This document shows, piece after piece, positions 53,641 through 59,799 of a DNA stretch of 59,799 nt. The position numbers were made by a program, and so were the translations under genes. The number at the start of each line of letters is the position of its first letter. Position 1 is the first letter of the stretch. The stretch comes from a virus (Duplodnaviria > Caudoviricetes). The stretch is taken from the IMG/VR virus record IMGVR_UViG_3300021964_000069, positions 1-59,799 of that record. One strand, given 5' to 3'. Under the pieces are notes generated by a model, which was not told where the DNA came from, searched no databases, and saw only the letters and a program-made list of their open reading frames with translations.

Positions 53641-56600
53641 ATGGATAACAATTATAATCCTTTTGGTACAGAATACAATCCTTTTGATCCTGAGCAGGAA
53701 CAACAAGAGCCTGAGCAAGGTTTTTTCGAAGGATTGATGTCTTCTATAGACCAATATTATACTTTGGGTAGATCAAGTGAAGAAATACTTGATTTGTTAG
53801 ATGGTGAAATTGATGATACCAATCTTGAAAAAGCAATTGAAAGATTAAATAAAATCAATGAGACCGGCCAACCCACTCAATCTATGCTGGATTACCAGAA
53901 AGCTGTGGAAGAAAACGGCGGAGGTTTTTTGGGAAATTTAAAAGCTATAATATCAAACCCTTTAGATTTTGGAGGAGCTGCAGCACAGCAAATTTTTGGA
54001 AGTTTAGCAGGCGTAGCTGGAGTTGGGCAGGAAGCTTTGCTTTCTGGAGTTCTTGATGACCAAAGACGCGGGGATACAACAGCAAACCTCTTAACAGCAG
54101 GTACTGCTGTTGGCGCTGGTATTGGAGCTGGTGCCACAGCTGCGGCAGGAACTATAGCTGGCCCTGCGGGAACTTTTATAGGCGGTTTTGCAGGTGGTAT
54201 TGCGGGAGGCGCTAAAGGAGCTTTTTCTACAGCATCTGGAATTATGGAAAGCGTAGGTAAAGTTGCTGAGCTCTTAAATGAATATACGGAAGGTGATCTT
54301 ACTAAAGAAAAAATTAGAGCTGTACTAAATGATCCGGAAAAACTTAATGACATAAGATCAAAGGCTATTGGTAGAGGTGTTGCTATTGGAGCAACAGACT
54401 TTGTTTTAATGGGCGTTGGCAAAGGTATTGGCACTACTTATAAAGCACCTAGACTTGGAGAAGCAATAGGGGAGGTTGCAGGAGGAGCTGGTGGTGAAGC
54501 TATTGCTCAACAAGTGGCTGACGAAGAATTTGATCCAACATCAATAGTAATGGAAGCTGCAGGGGTTACTCAATCTTTACCTGGCGCAATTAAAAGAGGC
54601 GCTGAAAAAGCTATAAATTCATATAACTTAAACAAGCAAAATTTAGCTAAGCAAGATTTTTTAGAGGTAATAAAAAATGCTAATGACGAAGATGTTGCAG
54701 CCGCGGAAATATTTGTAGAAGGGGATGACAAAGAGATAGCTAATATTGTAAATGAAAAAAGAAAAAAAGCTATTGAAGAAAAAAAGGTTGATTTATTTAA
54801 ACAACTTATTCCTAGTTATATTGAACAAAAAAGAAATAGCAAATTAAAAGAAATAATTGAGTTAACTAATACAAAAAAAGAATTAGAAACTCAAAAAGCA
54901 AGTCCAGCTGAAATAAACGCAGTAACAGAAGAAATAAATGATATAAATAGTTCTCTTGCTGAAAATGAAAATGTACTTAGAAGCAATATAAATAATTTAT
55001 CAACTGAAGATAAAATAAATATATTAAATGAAAAGGCTAAGTATAATTTTTATGATAAAAAAAGTAAAAGCTATAAGTCTACTGAAAAGCAAAAAGAAAT
55101 TGCTGAAAAACAAAAAAATAAGGCAGAAGCTATTATATTAACTTTATTTACAAATCCTATTCAACAAGAAGTACAGCAAAGCTCTATTGAAAGATCTGAA
55201 AAAACGCAAGATATTTTTGAAAAAGCTTTAGCTAATGAAAAAATAAAAAGAGTTGTTGACGAAGGTAATGGCAAAACGTATAATCAAATAGATGGTAATA
55301 CGTTTAATGAAATATTAGAACAACAAGCACCTCTGATAAATAAAGTTGCAAAAGATAATTACTCTAAAATACCAGCAGATTTACGAATTGGTAGTTTTGA
55401 AGATTACAAAATGAATTTGCAAGCTGAGATGTTTAAGTTATTAAGAACTTATAATCCTGAAACAGGAGTACCTTTAGCGGCATATTTAAATAATCCTAGA
55501 ACAGGTTTACCGGTAAGAGCAATGAGTAAAGATGCTTTTGAAAATATTGCAGCTCAAGAATACACTAGAGACGTAGAAGATTTGCAAGTAGCTGAATCTG
55601 AACCGGCACAACAATCTATTGAAGAACAAATAGATATAGAATCTTTTGACAAAGAAATTAATGCTACCAGCATTGCTGATCAATTAAACTTAGATGACTC
55701 TGTTAAAAATGAAATAACAAGAGCAAGTAAGTTAGCATTAGCAACAACAAAACAAAAGGTTGATTCATTAAAATTTACAACCGATATTGCTAATAGTTTA
55801 AAAAATGAATTGTATCCCATATTAAAAGAAACATTGGGAAAAAATACAAAAAATAATAGACAATTTAGCAATTTAATAAATAACAATCCAAAATTGTTAT
55901 ATGATTCTCTACGCCCTGAATCTATGGTAAAAGCTAGAGATGCTAAATTAAATCCTTTTGAAGAGGCTGGAATGCTTAAGGATAATAAAAAAGTTGCTTT
56001 TGAACAAGTGGGGTTAGAAAAATTTAAAAATTATTTTGACAATCCTGAATTAGCTAAAAACAATAAAACAAAAGCTAATAATCGTAGAATGGCTATTCTA
56101 AATTCATTAGCAGAATCATTAGGAGCAACGGAAGCTGAAAATTTGTTAGCCAATAATGTTGATGGGATTAAAGATATATTTATTGAAAAGCAGAAAGCAT
56201 TAAATGTTATAAATGAAAAATTTAATGTTTTTCAACAAACTTTTGAAAAATCTAAAAATGAATTTGCGGATTACGATAGACCATGGAAAGATATTGCTAC
56301 AGAATATGGATTTGAAGATTATAATTTAGATGATCCAGCTCAAAGAGAAACTTGGTTAAATCAAATTAAAACTTCGGGTTTAATTAATAAATTACCAAAA
56401 AGTTTTTTTAGAAATTTTAATGGTGTAAGTGATCGTGCAATTTTTAATGGTGAATATGTAAAAACTTTAGATGGTAAATTAATTTTAGAAAAAGACTATA
56501 AAAAGCTATCTAAAGAAAAAAGACCTAAAATAGAACGAGTTCGTTCTAGAGGTGTATTTTTTATTAATATTAAAGAAGCAGATGCTTGGATCAATCAAGC

Positions 56601-59600
56601 TGAAAAAGAAGGGTACACTTTTGCGGAAGAAAAGGATACTTATTCATGGATTAGTAAGCAAAAAACACCTTATACAAAAATAGTAAATGGTAAACAACAA
56701 ATAAGATTACAAGAGGATTTTAAAAACAAAGAATGGATTAAAAATGAAAACAATAAATTAGTTGGATTAGAAGAAATATTTACCATTTTTGAAAATTTTA
56801 TGTTTCAAAACGGTGAATTAAATTTGGCTAATGCAGCTATTGTTGCTCCATTATTAAAATCTACTTCCTCTTGGCAGGGACATTTTATTAGAAAAGCTTC
56901 TCCCGTAGGATTTGCATCAATTGGTCAAATGTTTGATAAAAATGGCAAAAGACTTTTTGATGAAGAGCATACATTGCCTGCTTCGGCTGTAGCAAAGTAT
57001 CTATTTGAAGCAGCAGCTAATGGAGCTATAAAAAGTAATTTTAAATATGTAAAGAAAAATTATTTTCAAGGGCCATTATTAAAAGCTGATGATAATAAAT
57101 TATCTGGAATAACAATAAACGGAACAAGATTTAGTTATAAATCAAAAACTCCCGAAGGCTTTAGAATTAATAAAGACAATATATGGTCTAGATATTTTAA
57201 TCCAAATGTTAATAATACTAATGGAGGAATTGATCCTAGCTTTATATTGTTAAGGAATGGCAAAACAGTTGCTGAACAATTTAATGTCACATCGGCTGGT
57301 AAAACTGCTGATATTAAAAACGCTCAACAAGATGCAATAAATGAAGAATCTATTGATAATTTTGAGCTATTAATAGAAAGAGCAATACAAGCTATTAGAA
57401 CGCTACAAGGCGATCCAGGTTCTTTACAAACTAATATTGCGGCTATACCGTCGTTTTTATTAATAAACTCATTAAGAACTGTTAAATTAGCCTATAGAGG
57501 AGGTAAAACATTAGCTAAAGCTATTGAAGCTGGATACAATGTTGTTAAAGATTACTTGACTAAGCAAGAATACCAAGATTTTGTACAACAATCTGTATAC
57601 GCTTCAGATGCTAAAACAGGATCTGCAAGAAAACAATTGGCTATACTAAATGAAAAAGGTGTAGCTGAAGTACAAGAACAAGCAAGACAAAAGAATAAAC
57701 AAGACCTTGAAAGTTTCGGTGTTGAAGCCCAAGATTTGTCAACTAATGAAATAATTGATAAATTAAATGTTTTAAAACAAGCAAAAATTGCTGCTTTAAA
57801 TAAAAAAGCTCCTGTTAAAAAAGCAAGAGTATTTGACTTTGATGATACGCTTGCGCAGAGCAAATCTAATGTACTTTATACGCTTCCGGACGGAACCAGC
57901 GGTAAATTAAGTGCTACTGAATTTGCAACGCGTTCTGGGGAACTTACAGAGGCTGGGGCTGAATTTGATTTTTCTGAATTTTCTAAAGTTATAGACGGTC
58001 AGAAAGGCCCATTAGCTTTGTTAGCGAAAAAATTAGTTGAGGCAAAAGGTGATCGTGATGTTTTTGTATTAACAGCAAGACCCGCAGAAGCTGCTCAAGC
58101 TATAAAAGAGTTTTTAAGAGCTGGTTTGGGAATAAGTATACCTATTGAAAACATAACAGGTTTAGCTGATGGTAAACCAGGAGCTAAAGCTTTTTGGATG
58201 GCCAACAAGGTTGCTGAAGGATATAATGATATTTTCTTTGCAGATGATGCGCCTCAAAATGTTGCGGCTGTGAATAAAATGTTAAATAATCTTGGTGTTA
58301 AAAATAAAACACAAATAGCAAAAGAACCTGTTAAAGCTTCTTTAGAAGATGAAATGGACAACATTTTGCGAAGTAAGGCTCCAACAAAGGGGTCTTTATT
58401 AAGAAAATTTAATGTTTATGTACCGCCAGGAGCGGATGATTTTGTAGGATTGCTATACACTTTCCTAGGCAAAGGTAATATTGGTGAAGCTCAAATGAAG
58501 TTTTTCCAAGATAATATTATGACACCTTTTGCTAAAGGCATATCAGCTTATGAATCCGCTAAAGTTTCATTAGCTAAAGATTATAAAGAGCTTTCAAAAA
58601 GATACAAAAATAAAGGTCTTTTAAAAGAAACTATTTTAGATGGTTTATATACGAAAGAGCAAGCTATTAGAGCTTACAATTATGATAAAGCTGGCCAAGA
58701 TTTAGGCATTAATGAAACTGACAAAAACGAGCTACTATTAGCTGTAATGGAAGATGAAAATCTTTTAGCTTTTGCTAATGAGCTTTCTAAAATAACAAAA
58801 ATAAAAGAGGGCTATCCGCAAATAACAGAAGACTGGTTAGGTGGTAATATTCAAACTGATTTAGCTAATGTTTCCAATAAAGCTCAAAGAGCAGAATTTT
58901 TACAAGAATTTTTAAATAATAAAGACCAAGTTTTTTCATCACAAAACATGAAGCTTATAAAGCAACTGCATGGCAACGATTTTACTGATGCTTTGCAAAA
59001 TGTTTTGGAAAGAATGTCAACAGGTATAAACCGCAAAAAAGGTAAAGACAAAGAATTTAATGCCGCAATGAATTGGCTTAATCAATCTGTTGCAAACGTT
59101 ATGGCTGTTAATATAAGATCCGCAGTATTACAGCAGTTATCAATAGTTAACTTCATGAATTGGGACTTTAATAACCCCTTTATGTTTGCTAAAGCTATTG
59201 GTAATACCTCACAGTTTAGTGCTGACTTTATAGAATTAATAAATTCAGACTTTTTAACAGATAGACGTGGTGGGCAAAAAATAGAAATTAATACAGCTGA
59301 TTTAGCAAATTCCGAACCTGGTAATTATTTTTTAAGAATGAATAAAAAGTTACTAGAGTATGGATTTAAGCCAACACAATGGGGCGATAGCTTTGCAATT
59401 GCTTTTGGAGGAGCTACTTGGTATCGTAATAAAATAAACCAGCTTATTGATGGGGGTATGAATGAAGCTGACGCTAAGTCTCAGGCTATGCTAGAGTTAC
59501 AAGAAATTGCCGAAGAAACGCAACAGTCTTCAAGACCAGATAGAATATCAAGACAGCAAGCTTCGGATATTGGAAGATTAATTTTAGCTTTTGCTAATAC

Positions 59601-59799
59601 ACCTTTACAATACGCCCGATTAACAAAAAAAGCTACACTTGATTTAATTAATAGAAGAGGAGACTGGCGAGCGAACGCATCAAAAATAGTTTACTATGGT
59701 GTTGCTCAAAATTTATTTTTCTCAGCAATGCAAAGCGCTTTATTTAGTATGCTATTTGATGAGACATCAGATGAAGAAGATGAAAAAAAATTAAGCTAC
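53641..59799 (+). CDS. Giant internal virion/ejection protein (>2050 aa, 3' truncated, absent from ORF track) with Gly-zipper, sigma-region-2-like and HAD phosphatase domains
   Basis: Frame from ATG 53641 (MDNNYNPFG...) is open in every segment I translated and at the window end. Gly/Ala membrane-insertion segment at about 54090-54240; YNPETGVPLAAYLN at about 55450; FDFDDT at 57832. Confidence 0.9.
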   Translation, partial: MDNNYNPFGTEYNPFDPEQEQQEPEQGFFEGLMSSIDQYYTLGRSSEEILDLLDGEIDDTNLEKAIERLNKINETGQPTQSMLDYQKAVEENGGGFLGNLKAIISNPLDFGGAAAQQIFGSLAGVAGVGQEALLSGVLDDQRRGDTTANLLTAGTAVGAGIGAGATAAAGTIAGPAGTFIGGFAGGIAGGAKGAFSTASGIMESVGKVAELLNEYTEGDLTKEKIRAVLNDPEKLNDIRSKAIGRGVAIGATDFVLMGVGKGIGTTYKAPRLGEAIGEVAGGAGGEAIAQQVADEEFDPTSIVMEAAGVTQSLPGAIKRGAEKAINSYNLNKQNLAKQDFLEVIKNANDEDVAAAEIFVEGDDKEIANIVNEKRKKAIEEKKVDLFKQLIPSYIEQKRNSKLKEIIELTNTKKELETQKASPAEINAVTEEINDINSSLAENENVLRSNINNLSTEDKINILNEKAKYNFYDKKSKSYKSTEKQKEIAEKQKNKAEAIILTLFTNPIQQEVQQSSIERSEKTQDIFEKALANEKIKRVVDEGNGKTYNQIDGNTFNEILEQQAPLINKVAKDNYSKIPADLRIGSFEDYKMNLQAEMFKLLRTYNPETGVPLAAYLNNPRTGLPVRAMSKDAFENIAAQEYTRDVEDLQVAESEPAQQSIEEQIDIESFDKEINATSIADQLNLDDSVKNEITRASKLALATTKQKVDSLKFTTDIANSLKNELYPILKETLGKNTKNNRQFSNLINNNPKLLYDSLRPESMVKARDAKLNPFEEAGMLKDNKKVAFEQVGLEKFKNYFDNPELAKNNKTKANNRRMAILNSLAESLGATEAENLLANNVDGIKDIFIEKQKALNVINEKFNVFQQTFEKSKNEFADYDRPWKDIATEYGFEDYNLDDPAQRETWLNQIKTSGLINKLPKSFFRNFNGVSDRAIFNGEYVKTLDGKLILEKDYKKLSKEKRPKIERVRSRGVFFINIKEADAWINQAEKEGYTFAEEKDTYSWISKQKTPYTKIVNGKQQIRLQEDFKNKEWIKNENNKLVGLEEIFTIFENFMFQNGELNLANAAIVAPLLKSTSSWQGHFIRKASPVGFASIGQMFDKNGKRLFDEEHTLPASAVAKYLFEAAANGAIKSNFKYVKKNYFQGPLLKADDNKLSGITINGTRFSYKSKTPEGFRINKDNIWSRYFNPNVNNTNGGIDPSFILLRNGKTVAEQFNVTSAGKTADIKNAQQDAINEESIDNFELLIERAIQAIRTLQGDPGSLQTNIAAIPSFLLINSLRTVKLAYRGGKTLAKAIEAGYNVVKDYLTKQEYQDFVQQSVYASDAKTGSARKQLAILNEKGVAEVQEQARQKNKQDLESFGVEAQDLSTNEIIDKLNVLKQAKIAALNKKAPVKKARVFDFDDTLAQSKSNVLYTLPDGTSGKLSATEFATRSGELTEAGAEFDFSEFSKVIDGQKGPLALLAKKLVEAKGDRDVFVLTARPAEAAQAIKEFLRAGLGISIPIENITGLADGKPGAKAFWMANKVAEGYNDIFFADDAPQNVAAVNKMLNNLGVKNKTQIAKEPVKASLEDEMDNILRSKAPTKGSLLRKFNVYVPPGADDFVGLLYTFLGKGNIGEAQMKFFQDNIMTPFAKGISAYESAKVSLAKDYKELSKRYKNKGLLKETILDGLYTKEQAIRAYNYDKAGQDLGINETDKNELLLAVMEDENLLAFANELSKITKIKEGYPQITEDWLGGNIQTDLANVSNKAQRAEFLQEFLNNKDQVFSSQNMKLIKQLHGNDFTDALQNVLERMSTGINRKKGKDKEFNAAMNWLNQSVANVMAVNIRSAVLQQLSIVNFMNWDFNNPFMFAKAIGNTSQFSADFIELINSDFLTDRRGGQKIEINTADLANSEPGNYFLRMNKKLLEYGFKPTQWGDSFAIAFGGATWYRNKINQLIDGGMNEADAKSQAMLELQEIAEETQQSSRPDRISRQQASDIGRLILAFANTPLQYARLTKKATLDLINRRGDWRANASKIVYYGVAQNLFFSAMQSALFSMLFDETSDEEDEKKLSY

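Noticed and set aside
57832-57849. FDFDDT as the catalytic DxDxD of a crAss-like virion RNA polymerase
   Set aside because: The motif is DxDDT and is followed by HAD motifs II-IV; I saw no DxDGD/DFDID motif in the parts of the giant ORF I translated.
854-57863. Numerous antisense or alternative-frame ORFs in the track (e.g. 854..1168, 2453..2869, 7253..7594, 13823..14122, 16693..17088, 19484..19825, 31183..31491, 36244..36585, 53892..54434, 57552..57863)
   Set aside because: They lie within or opposite well-supported genes and have no recognisable motifs; they are shadows of codon bias.
1-59799. Stop-codon reassignment as seen in some crAss-like phages
   Set aside because: Genes are full-length and tightly packed under the standard code 11; TAA, TGA and TAG all terminate genes.
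1-59799. Prophage or integrated element
   Set aside because: No integrase, repressor, att-like flanks or host genes in the window; groEL and thyA are embedded in phage operons.

Overview
This is a 59.8 kb piece of an AT-rich lytic dsDNA tailed phage genome, truncated at both ends. It has podovirus-type organisation and probably infects marine Flavobacteriia/Bacteroidota. The gene set (GroEL/GroES, ThyA, primase-helicase, ring/stabilisation/ejection proteins) resembles Cellulophaga phi38:1-like phages; this is from recall, not a search. There are two divergent arms. The minus-strand arm (1-12.6 kb) holds small early genes, an RNA cluster, a sigma factor and recombination/replication/repair genes. 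An AT-rich divergence region (about 12.66-13.15 kb) follows. The plus-strand arm holds basic small proteins, GroEL/GroES, a 15 kb mosaic tail-fibre/adhesin module, lysis genes, terminase, portal, scaffold, capsid, tail and ejection proteins. It ends in a >2050-aa ORF that the ORF track misses. Main observations: (1) a bipartite motif AAAGTACACWAC-N15-GTGATWATATW occurs six times ahead of early genes and does not match the Bacteroidota housekeeping promoter; the giant putative ejection protein carries a sigma70 region-2-like segment, which suggests a virion-delivered sigma factor and early-promoter system. (2) A 76-nt RNA looks like the isolated tRNA-like domain of tmRNA (G3.U70 Ala identity, no D-stem, no anticodon arm), followed by about 245 nt of abutting stem-closed RNA modules and an initiator tRNA-Met. 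(3) An Ocr-like DNA mimic, a HAD phosphatase domain in the ejection protein, cupredoxin-like motifs in two virion proteins, and an apparently split tail-stabilisation gene. All assignments are by-eye motif recognition; no searches were run.
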